Part shown: positions 28,444-41,313 of the stretch, piece by piece
Layout: each line of letters starts with the position of its first letter
How positions within the stretch are numbered: the first letter of the stretch is position 1
Assembly (NCBI GenBank): GCA_963843575.1
Contig: CAWJKZ010000014.1
Span: 160,001-224,000, forward strand
Reading direction: 5' to 3'
Length of the DNA: 64,000 nt
DNA from: an uncultured Acidobacteriota bacterium
GTDB lineage: Bacteria > Acidobacteriota > UBA6911
Translations under genes and position numbers: made by a program
Notes under the pieces: generated by a model
Told to the model about the DNA's origin: nothing
Databases searched by the model: none
What the model saw: only the letters and a program-made list of their open reading frames with translations

Positions 28444-31020
28444 ATGCAAAACGAAGTCGGGCGCCTCCGGCGCAAATTCCGCGAGGGACGAGAGGGGCTC
28501 TTCACGCTCGCCGCCCGCCTGGCGCCCTGCCGGGAGTTGCTGGACCGCCACACGGCGCTCGTCGACGGCATCGTGCGCGAAATCTACGACGCCTCCTGCG
28601 CCTTCGCCGACGCCAGGACGGGCAGGACCGGGCGCTCCGGGCTGGCCATCGTCGCGACCGGCGGTTACGGCCGGTGCGAACTGAACCCTTACTCGGATAT
28701 CGATATCGCCTTCGTCCCCTCGGAAGAGGAGGATCCGTGGGTCGAGGCCGCCGTCCACATGGCCTTTCGCCTGCTCATGGACGTCTTCCTGTCGTTCCGG
28801 GAGGTGCACGTCGGCTACGCCTACCGGCCGGTCGGCGAGGGCTCGACGTGGGATCTGCCGACGAGGACCGCGCTGCTGGACGCGCGCTTCCTCTGCGGCG
28901 AGCCGCTCCTTGCCCAGGCGCTGAAGTGCCAGGTCCGGGAGGTGCTATCGTCGCTCGACCTCCTGTTGGAGACGCGTTCCCTGGGGGAGCGGTCGCGCGC
29001 GCACACGGTGCCCCCGACCTATTCGGTCGAGCCGAACCTGAAGGAGGGGAGGGGATCTCTGCGGGACCTGCATCGCGGCCGCTGGCTCTTCATGCTCCTT
29101 CTCGGTGTCGACCAAGACCAGCTCCCCGCGGCGCTCGAGCGGCACGAGATCCTGACCGGAGATGAGTTCGCGGCGGTGGAGGAGGCGGCGGCGTGGTTTT
29201 GGCGCGCGCGCAACTGGGTCCACCTCGTGGCGGGGAAGCGCTCCGACCTGATCATGAACAACCTGCAGGACCGCATCGCCCGCGAGCTGGGCGCCGCCTC
29301 CGCCCAGGCCTGGCTTGCCCAGCACTACGCGCGGGCCGAGACGCTGGCGCATTTCCGCGACGCCGCCGTGCGTAGCACCCTGCGCGGCCCGTTGCCGCTG
29401 GGGGGCCTCCAGCTGGAAAACGGCGCGTTTCACCTGCACGGCGCGGGAGGCACACGGGACTACGCTTCCGCCGTGCGCCTCTTCCACCTGGCGCAACGCC
29501 ACCGGATCCCAGTCGCCCTGGACGACGCGGCCGAGCTGGCGCACCGGCGGCTGGACTCGGGCCGGGCCGCGCCCGCCGCGGGCGAAGAGTGCTGGGCCTT
29601 TCTCGACGTGCTGCGCGAGGAGCGCGGCGTAGCCGCAACCCTGCGCACTCTCGCCAGCTTCGACCTGCTCGATCGTTTTGTCGACGGGTACTCGAACCTC
29701 ATGCGCTACGTGCCGCCGGATCCGGCGCACCGCTACACGGTAGGCGAGCATTCCTTCAGGATCGTGGAGGAACTGGAGTCGCTCCGCAGCGGCTCGGCGA
29801 CCGATGCGACCTCCCAGCGCTTCGCCGACCTCGTGGCGCAGTGTTCCCACTTCGACGTCCTGTGCCTGGCGGCGCTGCTGCACGATTCCGGCAAGATGCT
29901 GCAGGCCGCGGATCACAGCGAAGCCGGCCTGGCGCTGACACGCGCGGTCGCGAGGCGGCTGGGACTCGCGCCGGAAAAGTCCGATCTGCTGGAGCTTCTG
30001 GTGCGTCACCACCTTCTGCTGGTGCGCACGGGACGACTGGAGGACCTCAAGTCCCCCGGCGTCATCCAGGCGGTCGCGGAGAAGTTCCCCAATGTCGACG
30101 CCTTGCGACACCTCTACGTGTTCACGTATGCCGACACGAAGTCGGTGGGCGAGAAGAACTGGACGTCGATGGATTACCGGGACCTGGAAGACCTCTACCG
30201 CAAGGTGCAGGACGTTCTGGGCGGCCGCGCGGTCGAGAAGGGGGGCGAGGCGGCGCTCGAGGACCGGCGCGGCCAGGTGCGCCGGAAGCTCGCGGCCTCC
30301 GGCAAGGACGCCGACGAGCAAGCCGTGCGGCGGCACTGCGACGCGATGCCGGCCAGCTACATCCTGAACACCCCGCTGGACGAGATAGCGCTGCACCTGC
30401 AGCTGCTGACCCGGCTCGAGTCCGAGCGCGCCGTCCTGGACATTTACAACCGGCCGGGGGACGATTACTCCGAACTGACGATCTGCACCCACGACGATCC
30501 CCGGCCCGGAATGCTCGCCAAGATCACGGGGGTCCTCTACGGGTGCGACGTCGACATACACAAGGCCCAGGTCTTCACGATGGAGCGCGACCACCCCGTG
30601 GTGCTCGACACCCTCTGGATCCGCTCCAACGGACGGCAGGTCTCGGAATCGCGCGCCGCCCGCATCCGCTCGGCCCTGAAGGACGTGCTGACCCAAGTTC
30701 GGTCGCTGGAGCAATTCCTGTCCGGCGCCGGGAAACGGCCACCGGAAGGCATCCCCCTCGACAGCGTGCAGTTGCACAACGAACATTCCGAGGAGCACAC
30801 CGTCGTGCACGTCGTCGCCCGGGACCTGCAGGGCCTGCTGTACCTGATGACGCGTGCGCTGTCACGCTGCGGCCTGCACATACACTCCGCGAAGGTCGCG
30901 ACGTGGAACGCGCGGGCGGAGAACAACTTCTACGTTACCACCCTCGCGGGCGGCCAGATTCCCCAGCGAGACCTGCCGGAGTGGGAGAAAACGCTCACGC
31001 GCGCTTTTCTCGGATCGTGA
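28444..31020 (+). CDS. glnD: [Protein-PII] uridylyltransferase/uridylyl-removing enzyme
   Basis: ATGGYGRCELNPYSDID, EPNLKEGRGSLRDLH, HRYTVGEH, LLHDSGK (HD domain), two ACT domains. Confidence 0.9.
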   Translation: MQNEVGRLRRKFREGREGLFTLAARLAPCRELLDRHTALVDGIVREIYDASCAFADARTGRTGRSGLAIVATGGYGRCELNPYSDIDIAFVPSEEEDPWVEAAVHMAFRLLMDVFLSFREVHVGYAYRPVGEGSTWDLPTRTALLDARFLCGEPLLAQALKCQVREVLSSLDLLLETRSLGERSRAHTVPPTYSVEPNLKEGRGSLRDLHRGRWLFMLLLGVDQDQLPAALERHEILTGDEFAAVEEAAAWFWRARNWVHLVAGKRSDLIMNNLQDRIARELGAASAQAWLAQHYARAETLAHFRDAAVRSTLRGPLPLGGLQLENGAFHLHGAGGTRDYASAVRLFHLAQRHRIPVALDDAAELAHRRLDSGRAAPAAGEECWAFLDVLREERGVAATLRTLASFDLLDRFVDGYSNLMRYVPPDPAHRYTVGEHSFRIVEELESLRSGSATDATSQRFADLVAQCSHFDVLCLAALLHDSGKMLQAADHSEAGLALTRAVARRLGLAPEKSDLLELLVRHHLLLVRTGRLEDLKSPGVIQAVAEKFPNVDALRHLYVFTYADTKSVGEKNWTSMDYRDLEDLYRKVQDVLGGRAVEKGGEAALEDRRGQVRRKLAASGKDADEQAVRRHCDAMPASYILNTPLDEIALHLQLLTRLESERAVLDIYNRPGDDYSELTICTHDDPRPGMLAKITGVLYGCDVDIHKAQVFTMERDHPVVLDTLWIRSNGRQVSESRAARIRSALKDVLTQVRSLEQFLSGAGKRPPEGIPLDSVQLHNEHSEEHTVVHVVARDLQGLLYLMTRALSRCGLHIHSAKVATWNARAENNFYVTTLAGGQIPQRDLPEWEKTLTRAFLGS

Positions 31021-31086
31021 GGTCGTGGCGCAAGCTGTTCGACCGATACTTCTCGTCCTGACGGCGGGGTGCAGTCGCTTTGCCGA

Positions 31087-31703
31087 TCAGGGTTTGTCCG
31101 GCTTTTCCTGCGAGTCCAGGAGGAGCTCGAACGGTCCGACATCCCGCCCGGTGCCCCTGTTGGTCAACCCGGGGATAGTCAGCTTGGCGCCGACAAAGAA
31201 ATCCTGAGTCGGGGTCGGCGTGAAGAAAAAAATCAAGCCCTGGACCGTCCCGCCAGGTTCGACCTGGCCGCTGTGCAATTCCCTCGCCGGTCAGGGTGTC
31301 CAGCAGCGAGGTTTGTCCCCCTTTCCCGTCGCCCTTCCCGCGACTTCGGCTTGGGCGTCCTGCTGAACCCATTCCCGCCGGTGACGTCCTCGACCACGAT
31401 GGCCGCAGGGGTCGTGTACAGGCTCTGCCCGGAACGGGTGGACAACATCACTTTCCGGGTGCTGATCGAGATGTAGTCGGATGTGTCGTTGCGAATGGCG
31501 ACGAAAACGGGGAAGTAGCCGCGTTTGAGGAGATCCCGCAGTCAAACGCCGAGGCGGATTTTTCGGCGCGTCCGTAAGGTTCGGCCGCTACCGTCACGCC
31601 CCCAACCGTCGCCCGCGCGGCGTAGGATTCCACCGGCGGGGCCTGGCCGCCCACGATGCCCCCTGCCCCCCAAGGTCAGAAGCAGCAAGGACTGTTTCGA
31701 CAT
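31087..31703 (-). CDS. Hypothetical exported protein (several apparent frameshifts)
   Basis: Coherent pieces across frames: MSKQSLLLLTL, ESYAARATVGGVTVAAEPY, RGYFPVFVAIRNDTSDYISI, GQVEPGGTVQGLIFF...LTIPGL. Extended -10 TGCTATTAT lies 6 nt before the ATG. Confidence 0.55.
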
Positions 31704-31783
31704 GGTTTTATAATAGCACAGGTAGGCGCAACCCGCACAGTCCCAGCGGGTAAAGCAGTGGTGAAGACCAGCGTGACGCGCTG

Positions 31784-31813
31784 GTTGACAATCATTCGCT
31801 CACATTCTATATA
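31784..31813 (+). promoter_or_regulatory. dnaK sigma70 promoter overlapped by a degenerate HAIR-like site
   Basis: TTGACA-N17-TATATA; GTTGACA-N7-GCTCACA resembles CTTGAGT-N7-ACTCAAG; hspR is in the same operon. Confidence 0.5.
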
Positions 31814-31900
31814 GATAGGGCACTAAATGTGAATGGCAGGGCGCGTAGGCCGACTGCGGATAGTTTTGAGGAAAGCGAAATCGGAGGAGGAACAGACCAG

Positions 31901-33851
<1,951 letters not shown>

Positions 33852-33858
33852 GGCCGCA

Positions 33859-33884
33859 GGCGGACCCGGTCTCCCGGGTCCGCC
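33859..33884. other. GC-rich hairpin after dnaK (no U tract)
   Basis: GGCGGACCCGG-TCTC-CCGGGTCCGCC, a perfect 11-bp stem. Confidence 0.6.
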
Positions 33885-33936
33885 CGTTGCGCGGTAATTC
33901 CAGGCGCCCGGGGGGCGCGGCAGCGGGAGCGCTGGC

Positions 33937-34362
33937 ATGGCGAATCCAAGACAACGGAGCGGCACCCCGCGGGAGTGGGAGAGCCTGTACTCGCTCATGA
34001 TCCGCGACGAGTCTCCGGTCCAGGGCGCGTCGCTCGTGCCGCCGGTGGACATCTACGAGACGGGGGACTCGTTCACGTTGACGGCCGAACTCCCGGGCGT
34101 CGAAAGAAAAGACATCCGCATAGAGGTATCCGGGGCCGAACTGACCATCCGCGGCGAACGCCTGCTCGATCCCGTTTGCCGCGAGGAGAGCTACTACTGC
34201 CTAGAGGGGATGCGCGGGAGGTTCTGCCGAAAATTCCACTTGCCCGTAGACGTCGATGGCGAGGGGATCACGGCAGATCTCAAGGCGGGCGTCCTCACGG
34301 TCATCCTGCCGAAGGCCTCGCTTCATGCGAGGCGCATACCCGTCGTGTCGGATCGTTCATAG
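33937..34362 (+). CDS. Hsp20/alpha-crystallin small heat shock protein
   Basis: PPVDIYET, AELPGV, LTIRGER, GRFCRKFHLP, ADLKAGVLTVILPK. Confidence 0.9.
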   Translation: MANPRQRSGTPREWESLYSLMIRDESPVQGASLVPPVDIYETGDSFTLTAELPGVERKDIRIEVSGAELTIRGERLLDPVCREESYYCLEGMRGRFCRKFHLPVDVDGEGITADLKAGVLTVILPKASLHARRIPVVSDRS

Positions 34363-34371
34363 TCTGAAACC

Positions 34372-35517
34372 ATGGCCAAGGAAGACTACTATTCGATTCT
34401 GGGTGTTTCACGCTCCGCCAAACCGGCCGAAATCAAAAAGGCCTACCGGCGGCTGGCACGCAAGAACCACCCGGACGTAAACCCGGGGGACAAGTCTGCC
34501 GAGGAACGCTTCAAGAAGATCCAGGAAGCCTACGACGTGCTGAGCGAGCCGAAGAAGCGCGCGATGTACGATCAATACGGCTTCTATTCGGAAAACTTCA
34601 AAGAGCCCCCGCCGGGAGAAGCGGGGTTCGGCCGTTCCGCCGGGGGGCCTCGCGGGGGATTCGATTTCTCGGGCATGGATTTCGGCGCGGAGCAGGGGGG
34701 TGGCAGTTTCCGGGACGTATTCGCCGATCTTTTCGGCGGCGGAGGGACGGAGCGGGGCCGCGCAGCGGGACCCCACAAGGGAAACGATCTCGAGCACTAC
34801 CTCAACATCTCGTTTTTCGAGGCGATCCGCGGTCTGTCGACTCGCCTGACGATAAACCGTCCGGAGGCTTGCAGCGCGTGCCAGGGGAGCGGCATGGAGC
34901 GCGGCAAAGCCCAGCAGGTGTGCCCGACCTGCAACGGTACCGGCCAGGAGGGACGATCGCACGGCATCATGCGTTTTTCCGGACCCTGCAGGACTTGCGG
35001 CGGCACCGGCCGGGTCGGCAGCCGGTGCCCGGTCTGCGGTGGTTCCGGGACGGTCCCGGTGCACGAGACCCTAACGGTCCGTATCCCACCCGGGGTCAAC
35101 AACGGTTTCCGAATGCGCGTCCCGCGCAAGGGTGGCGCCGGTAAGGCCGGGGGCGCTCCCGGTGATCTCTACCTGATTATCAGCGTGCGCCCGCACGAGT
35201 TCTTCCGTCGCGAGGGGAACGACATCCTGTGTACCGTTCCGATCACGGTTACCGAAGCCGCCCTCGGAACCAAGATCGAGGTGCCGACACTCGACGGCAA
35301 GACCCTGCTGCGCATCCCCCCCGGCACCCAGAGCGGCCAGAAATTCCGCCTGAGGGGCAAGGGCGCCCCGTCGCTGCGGGGCGACAATCATGGCAACCAG
35401 ATCCTAGAAGTGCGCGTTCTCGTCCCCAAGGTGGCAGACGAACGCTCGAAGGAGATACTGCGGGAGTTGGCCCGCCTGAACCCAGAGGACCCAAGGGCCG
35501 GCCTCGGCCCGTTTTAA
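34372..35517 (+). CDS. dnaJ: Molecular chaperone DnaJ
   Basis: J domain with HPD, G/F-rich region, four CxxCxGxG repeats. Confidence 0.95.
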   Translation: MAKEDYYSILGVSRSAKPAEIKKAYRRLARKNHPDVNPGDKSAEERFKKIQEAYDVLSEPKKRAMYDQYGFYSENFKEPPPGEAGFGRSAGGPRGGFDFSGMDFGAEQGGGSFRDVFADLFGGGGTERGRAAGPHKGNDLEHYLNISFFEAIRGLSTRLTINRPEACSACQGSGMERGKAQQVCPTCNGTGQEGRSHGIMRFSGPCRTCGGTGRVGSRCPVCGGSGTVPVHETLTVRIPPGVNNGFRMRVPRKGGAGKAGGAPGDLYLIISVRPHEFFRREGNDILCTVPITVTEAALGTKIEVPTLDGKTLLRIPPGTQSGQKFRLRGKGAPSLRGDNHGNQILEVRVLVPKVADERSKEILRELARLNPEDPRAGLGPF

Positions 35518-35532
35518 CGGAGCAGGTGAAAC

Positions 35533-35901
35533 GTGAGTCCACGGAAAAAGGCCGGGTACATGATCAGCGCAGTCGCAGAGATTTATCACATCCACCCGCA
35601 GACTCTCCGCCTGTACGAGCGGCTCGGTCTGCTCAAACCCTCGCGCAGCGACGGCAACACGCGCCTGTACACCGAAGCCGACCTCGAACGCCTGGAGGTC
35701 ATCCTCGCGCTTACGCGCGACCTTGGCGTGAACCTCGCGGGAGTCGAAGTCATCTTGACCATGCGGGAAAAGATGGAGAGAATGCAGCGGCAGGTGCAGG
35801 AAATGCTGGAGTACGTGCGCGAGCACATGTCGCCGACAACGGGTTCAACCGACGCTCTCGTGAGGGTGTCCGCGGCCAAGATCGTCCGCAGCCGCCGCTA
35901 G
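35533..35901 (+). CDS. hspR: MerR-family heat-shock repressor HspR
   Basis: YMISAVAE...IHPQTLRLYERLGLLKPSRSDGNTRLY, LGVNLAGVE; follows dnaJ. Confidence 0.85.
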   Translation: MSPRKKAGYMISAVAEIYHIHPQTLRLYERLGLLKPSRSDGNTRLYTEADLERLEVILALTRDLGVNLAGVEVILTMREKMERMQRQVQEMLEYVREHMSPTTGSTDALVRVSAAKIVRSRR

Positions 35902-35906
35902 CGCGC

Positions 35907-36716
35907 ATGCCTTCTCTTCTCGTTTTTCTGTGGGGGCTTTTCGCAACGGCAGGGCCCGCTCCTCGCGAGACGCTTTCCTACTCTCAGACATACCGCATTT
36001 TCGTGAAGGGCGAGGCCGTCGGCACGGAGTCCGTCTCCGAGACGTCCGATGCGCAGGGAAACCTGGTTTCGTCCGGCCGGCACGAAGTCTTCGTTGCGGA
36101 CGGGCTCGAGAAGAAGCGGATGGCGTTCACGACGCGACTGGTGCTTGGGGCCAAAGACCTCGCGCCAGTGAGTTACTCGTGCGTGTACACGTCGGGGGAG
36201 GCCAGGGACTCCTACACCGTCACCGTCCGAAACGGCCGGCTGGAACGAGTGCTCACGCGCGGGGGACACACGAGCTCCGTGAAGGTCCCCCGGCCACCGG
36301 ACCTTGTCGTGATCGATTTCAGCGTCTACCACCATTACGACTACCTGATCCGCAGATACGATTCCAGGAAGGGCGGGCGCCAGGAGTTCCGCAACTTCAT
36401 CCCGGTGATCGGCGCCGAGGTTCCCCTGGCGCTCACGCGCCTGGAGGATTCGCAGCTCGAGGCGGCGGGCGTTTCCATTCCAGTGCGCAACTTTCGCGTC
36501 GAGTTCGTCGGAATTCTGACCGGGACGCTGTCGACTGACCGCGCGGGCCGGTTGGTGCGGCTCCTGGTGCCGCAGCAGGACCTGCAGGTCCTGCGGGAGG
36601 ATCTGGTGCCGGAGACGCCGGGCGGCGGTTCGGTTCAAGGGAGCGAGGGCTCCTCGGGCAGCGGCACCGCGGCGGCTGCCTGTGCCGCGCGCAGCCGCGA
36701 CCGGATCAGCCGGTAG
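35907..36716 (+). CDS. Hypothetical exported beta-rich protein
   Basis: Signal-like N-terminus MPSLLVFLWGLFATAG; beta-strand-rich body ending DRAGRLVRLLVPQQDLQVLRE. The 3' end overlaps the convergent gene and is uncertain. Confidence 0.6.
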   Translation: MPSLLVFLWGLFATAGPAPRETLSYSQTYRIFVKGEAVGTESVSETSDAQGNLVSSGRHEVFVADGLEKKRMAFTTRLVLGAKDLAPVSYSCVYTSGEARDSYTVTVRNGRLERVLTRGGHTSSVKVPRPPDLVVIDFSVYHHYDYLIRRYDSRKGGRQEFRNFIPVIGAEVPLALTRLEDSQLEAAGVSIPVRNFRVEFVGILTGTLSTDRAGRLVRLLVPQQDLQVLREDLVPETPGGGSVQGSEGSSGSGTAAAACAARSRDRISR

Positions 36717-37183
36717 ACGCGCTCCAGCACGTAGGTCCGCATCCGGGAATCACGAGGGAACATCGACCGCACCGCTTGATTGACCCCGACCAGCGAAGCC
36801 TCAAGTTCGGGGAACAGCCTCTCGGTAAGTGTGGGATCGTAGGGAAGCTTGACGCTGCGACAGCCGATCTCCGAAAACAGTTTAAGGTATCGGGCAGTGG
36901 GCATGTCGGGGCAGTGGATGCGCTTGTAGGACGCCTGCACCTCGTAGCCGAGCAACGTGTGGATGACGCGGGCGCTGCTTTTGCGCCCCAGCAGGTGGAT
37001 GGTCCTGGTCTTCACCGGCAGCACTTCGGTGCGGTAAATGCCGACGAGCCCGCGCCCGGGCTCGGCCTCTTCTATGGCATCGAGTATCTTGCGGAGCGGA
37101 ACTCGGGCGCGGGGCGAACCAGCCGGGGCGGGTGCGGCTTCCTGGAGTTCCCTGCGGCTCGCGGCCCCCCGCTGTCTTGGCAT
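36635..37183 (-). CDS. Hypothetical protein
   Basis: C-terminal part of ORF 36635-38230 from ATG 37183; globular segment IYRTEVLPVKTR...HTLLGYEV...RIHCPDMPTARYLKLFSEIG...LPYDPT. Confidence 0.6.
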   Translation of the reverse strand: MPRQRGAASRRELQEAAPAPAGSPRARVPLRKILDAIEEAEPGRGLVGIYRTEVLPVKTRTIHLLGRKSSARVIHTLLGYEVQASYKRIHCPDMPTARYLKLFSEIGCRSVKLPYDPTLTERLFPELEASLVGVNQAVRSMFPRDSRMRTYVLERVYRLIRSRLRAAQAAAAVPLPEEPSLP

Positions 37184-37190
37184 CGACGTG

Positions 37191-38230
37191 TTACTCGACC
37201 TGTTGGCGCCTGTGCGCTGATTGAGAAGCCGTTGCGCTTGCCGGCGCACCAGCTCGGAGATGCCGCGGTCCCGCGCGACTGCCTGCAGGTCGCGCGTCTG
37301 CAACCGCGTGACAAGCCCCTGCGAGACCATAGGAGGGGTTTTGGGGTTCCTGACCAGGTTGAGCGCTACCGGATAGCTGCGCGCCCACTCGCGGCTGCCG
37401 CCTATGGATCGTAGAATATCGTCGGACACGTTGCGCATCGCCGCGAATCCCTCGACTTCACTTTCGGTCAGCTTCGGGCTGTGCAGGACGGCATGCGAAA
37501 TCAGGCGGTTGGTGTCGCGGATCAGGACGTTCCTGGCCTCGCGGGGCCGGTCATGGCCACCTTGATCTTCTCCCGCACCGTCATTCTTGAGACGCGGTCG
37601 AGGAGCGCTCCCTCCCTGGCCTGGGGGTCGGTGGGCAGCCCTTCGAGCCACAGATCGTCGGGCGGGAGCTCCGCTTCGAGTTCCGGGGCTTCCGTGTGGC
37701 CGACGGAGGCTTGCCCCTCGGTGGTTACCGAATAGTCGAGCTTCTTGTCGCTGAAGAACTCCTGCTCGATTTCGTGGACCAGCCGCAGCACTTCGGGCGT
37801 GGAGGCGGGATTCTCTGGCGTTGCGCAGAATCCCGGGGAATTGGAGGAGCCGTACACGGTTGAAGAGGATCGCCTCGATCAGCGGACCGGGCACACGCGT
37901 GGCCATGTCCTCGACCACCGGGCCGGAAGTCGAGGGATTGAGGATCACGGCTTCGGCCAGCGCAGACCTCTGCGCTGCGCGAGAAATACTCGAGAACCGG
38001 GACCGGGCAGGCGCGCGACTTGAGCTGCTCCAGGATCTCTTCTTCGGGCCATGCCTCGAGGGTGCGGCCGGCCTGAAGCGCGACCTCTTCGTCGGCGTCC
38101 CGTGCCAGGAGTGCCAGAAGGTGGACCAGTTCCTGGGGAGGCAGCGGAGCCGTTCCGCGGGCCACTGCCAGCCGGATGTTCTTCGCCGGGCTTGTGCGAG
38201 GAAGGTCTCGAAAAATGAGCTCGGGGTCAT
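37191..38230 (-). CDS. Helical-repeat hypothetical protein (apparent frameshifts)
   Basis: AARGTAPLPPQELVHLL..., EKIKVAMTG, REARNVLIRDTNRLISHAVLHSPKLTESEVE, LVRNPKTP across frames; ATG overlaps the rodZ stop. Confidence 0.65.
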
Positions 38231-39108
38231 GGGCTTTGTGCGGACGGCTGCAGCAGGTCGGCGAGGTTTTGCTCGGTTATGAGCACTTTCACGACGTCGC
38301 CCGGCTTTCCGAGCGCTTTGGCCGGCTTCCCGTTGATGGTCAGGCGGACTCCGCCCGCGTTGCCAAGGACGACGAGGATGCTCTCGTCGGCGGAGAAGTC
38401 CCTTGTGTCACCGGGATTGAGCTGCTGGGCAAGAACCTTCCGGTTGTCGGCGGTCACGGAGGTCCAGCACGTCTGAAGCACCTCGAACCGGATCCGGAGC
38501 TTCGCCGTCGCCGTGTCGGCGGTCCCGGCGGCCGCGGGGGCGCCTGCAGCCACCGATGGACCGGGTGCCTGCGTCGCCGGTCCTCCTGTCTCGACTGGAG
38601 CCTCGCTCGCCGGGGCCGGCACGGGGGCCGGGACCGCTGGCGGAGCATCCTGGCGCGGCGCCGGCGGGACCGGGGCCGGCGGTGCTTCCACCCGTGCGGC
38701 AGGCGGTCGTGAGAAATAGGGCGAGAAGACTTCGGAGATCCAGTGCCTGCTGAAAAAAATGCCTGCGGTGGATGCGGCGAGCATCAGGACCCATGCGAAC
38801 AGCGGGTGAGATCCGCGCCTGGACGAATTTTGCGGGACAGGCACCTTGGCCCGGTAGGTCTTCTTCTCGAGCACAGGGGGCATCTCGGCGTCGTAACGCT
38901 GGAGGATTGGCTGGGGATCGAGGCCGAGATACTCGGAGTAGGCCCGCAGGAAGGCGCGGTTATACATGCCCCCAGGCAAGTCGCGATATCGGCTTTCCTC
39001 GATGTTCTGCAGATGCCGATAGCTGATGCGCGTCTCTTGGGCCACCTCGCTTAACGAGAGCTTGCGCCCTTCCCGAGCCAGCTTGAATATTGTGCCGAGG
39101 GACTCCAT
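38227..39108 (-). CDS. rodZ: RodZ-like protein (HTH, TM, DUF4115)
   Basis: LG..FKLAREGRKLSLSEVAQETRIS...LPGGMYNRAFLRAYSEYLGLD; TM; CWTSVTAD...LGNAGGVRLTING. Confidence 0.85.
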   Translation of the reverse strand: MESLGTIFKLAREGRKLSLSEVAQETRISYRHLQNIEESRYRDLPGGMYNRAFLRAYSEYLGLDPQPILQRYDAEMPPVLEKKTYRAKVPVPQNSSRRGSHPLFAWVLMLAASTAGIFFSRHWISEVFSPYFSRPPAARVEAPPAPVPPAPRQDAPPAVPAPVPAPASEAPVETGGPATQAPGPSVAAGAPAAAGTADTATAKLRIRFEVLQTCWTSVTADNRKVLAQQLNPGDTRDFSADESILVVLGNAGGVRLTINGKPAKALGKPGDVVKVLITEQNLADLLQPSAQSP

Positions 39109-39219
39109 AGGAACGGGATCTACAAAATGGGCAGCGGACTACTGTTCAGTACTTCGCCTGCCGAAAAGCCACAGCACCTGAAAAGAAATGAGCCTGCTGG
39201 ACTTTGCGGATGAATACAC

Positions 39220-39248
39220 ATTCTACTGCCTCCTGAAGGGAGTGTCAA
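39220..39248 (-). promoter_or_regulatory. sigma70 promoter of the rodZ operon
   Basis: TTGACA-N17-TAGAAT on the minus strand, about 110 nt upstream of the ATG. Confidence 0.7.
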
Positions 39249-39494
39249 TCGACGATGGTACTCGATGCGGATCCGGGCTGGCGGTTTTGCCGCAGATTGA
39301 CGCTTCCATGCCGATGTGTTAGGGTCTGGGGAGGGCGTGGACGCAGGCACACCGCCCACTCCAGGACACAGCGCCCTCGTCGATCTCCGCGTTCACTGTC
39401 CCTCCTGGCAAGCAAGAACCTGATTCTTACGGAGAATCATCTGTGATTGGCCCTTGGTCCGCGCCAAGGGGTCCGGGCGGTAAGACTGAAGCAC

Positions 39495-40128
39495 ATGATG
39501 CTCTTCTGGGTGATGCTGGAGCCCTGGTTGGCCAAGGTCGGAGCTTGGCTCCGGTATATTGCCGCCAACCTGGACGGCCCGGGCTTGCTCCTTGTGGCTT
39601 TGTTCGATTCCTCCTTTCTGTCGATACCGGAAGGGCAACGACGTCCTGATCGTCCTCCTGTCGTCCGGCAACACATGGAAGAACATGGCCTACTACGTGG
39701 GCATGACCACCGCCGGGTCCATCGCCGGCTGCCTGCTGTTGTACACGGTCGGCCGCAAGGGGGGCAGCCCGATCCTGCACAAGCGGTTCTCGGCGGACAA
39801 CATCCAAAGAGCGGAGAGGCTGTTTGAGAAGTACGGCGTCCTGACGGTGGTACTACCGAGCATCCTGCCCCCGCCCTGTCCATTCAAGATATTCGTCCTC
39901 AGCGCCGGCGTCTTCCGTCTGAGGCTTGCGGAATTCGTAGCTGCTATAGCCATAGGGCGTACCGTGCGTTATTCGATGTGGGGAGTCCTTGCGCTGCTGT
40001 ACGGCGATTCCGTCAAGGTCTACATGCAGCAGAATTTGCCCAAGATAGGCATTGCGCTATTTGGCATGCTCGCGCTGGCCCTTGCCGTTCTGCTGTGGAA
40101 TTATTTCAGTCGCACGCGCCGCGCCTGA
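39495..40128 (+). CDS. DedA/YqaA (VTT) family membrane protein, frameshift near 39635
   Basis: GLLLVALFDSSFLSIPE, AGSIAG...GRKGG, LPPPCPFKIFVLSAG, GRTVRY. Start uncertain. Confidence 0.8.
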
Positions 40129-40340
40129 CCGGCGCCCGATTTTTCGACATTCGCCGCAACAAAGAGTTCCAGGCCGGGGCGCAACCAGGGCTACCAGCCC
40201 CGTAACTCTTTGTTTTGGTGTATCTTTATAGCGCGCGCGGCTGTGGGGTGCTTATTGCGTCTGTGGCGGCGTGAACGGGGCCGGCGACTGGCCACTTGGC
40301 GAAATGATTGAAAATATTGAGGCTATTATCACTCGCCGCG

Positions 40341-40368
40341 TTGACATTGGTGAGGTGTTTGCTAGATT
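40341..40368 (+). promoter_or_regulatory. sigma70 promoter of the Lol-like cluster
   Basis: TTGACA-N16-TAGATT with TGn extension. Confidence 0.55.
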
Positions 40369-40403
40369 CACGGGCTGTTAATCACCTGAAGGGGCACTTC
40401 TTG

Positions 40404-41307
40404 GTGGAACGTTTCATTCGATTCCTGCGTAGCGCACTGCTCGGGGTGGCAGCGGCGGCGATATTGTCCGCGACGGGGTGCGGTATAAAGCGCACGGTCA
40501 CCCTGCCGACCGCTCCAAAGATCGCTCAGGCCAAGACTGCCTCTCTGGGAGAACTGCTCTCGAACCTCGAGACTTATAGCAACCGGGTTTCATCGCTGGT
40601 TTCCAATGCGATGCGGGTTACGTTCACCTCCGGCAGGGTCGAATCCGGCAAGCTGCAGGAGTACCGCAGCGCTCCCGGGTACATCCTGCTCAAGCGCCCC
40701 GATTCTATCCGCCTGAACGTGCAAAACCCTCTGACGAAGACGAGCATCGTGGAACTCGTGTCGGTGGGAGACCGGTTCAGCGTCTGGTACCCGCGCGAAA
40801 ACAAGTTCTACCTGGGGAAGAACAGCGCGAGGGAACTGGAGGTCGAGGGGGCTCCCAGTTTTTCCGCCCGGCCGAGCCACATTTTCGAAGCGGTCTTCCC
40901 GCAGAAGCTCGTCTTCAAAGAGCCGGGCTACCGTATCGCCATGGAAGAGGAGCGGGATGCGACGACCAAGTATTACGTGCTGACCGTGTTCCGTGACGCG
41001 GGGGATGCGGAAGCTCGAGCCGGTGCGAAAACTGTGGGTCGACCGTTCGGATCTCAGCGTGGCCCGCCAGTTCGTCTACGGCGAACACGGCGTTGTGGTC
41101 AGCATGATCCAGTACTCGAATCTCGTGCCCGCCGACGGCGTAGTCCTCCCGCTTTCGATACGGATCGAGCGGCCGATCGACGGATACATCCTGGACATGC
41201 AGTTTCAGTCCTGGCGAGTAAACATGGAGTTGCCGGACACCGCTTTCGTGATGAGCCCTCCCCAGGGCGCGCAGCAGGTGGTGCTCAAGGAGAAGGGAAG
41301 AGGCTGA
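40404..41307 (+). CDS. Lipoprotein with LolA/LolB-like fold (DUF4292-like), frameshift near 41010
   Basis: Lipobox ATGC; GYILLKRPDSIRL, GDRFSVWYPRENKFYLG, RKLWVDRSDL, LPLSIRIERP, VNMELPDTAF. Confidence 0.65.
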
Positions 41308-41313
41308 TCCGTC

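Noticed and set aside
31833-31860. CIRCE-like element upstream of dnaK
   Set aside because: The left arm matches poorly and the spacer is 10 nt instead of 9. There is no hrcA in the window, and hspR is present.
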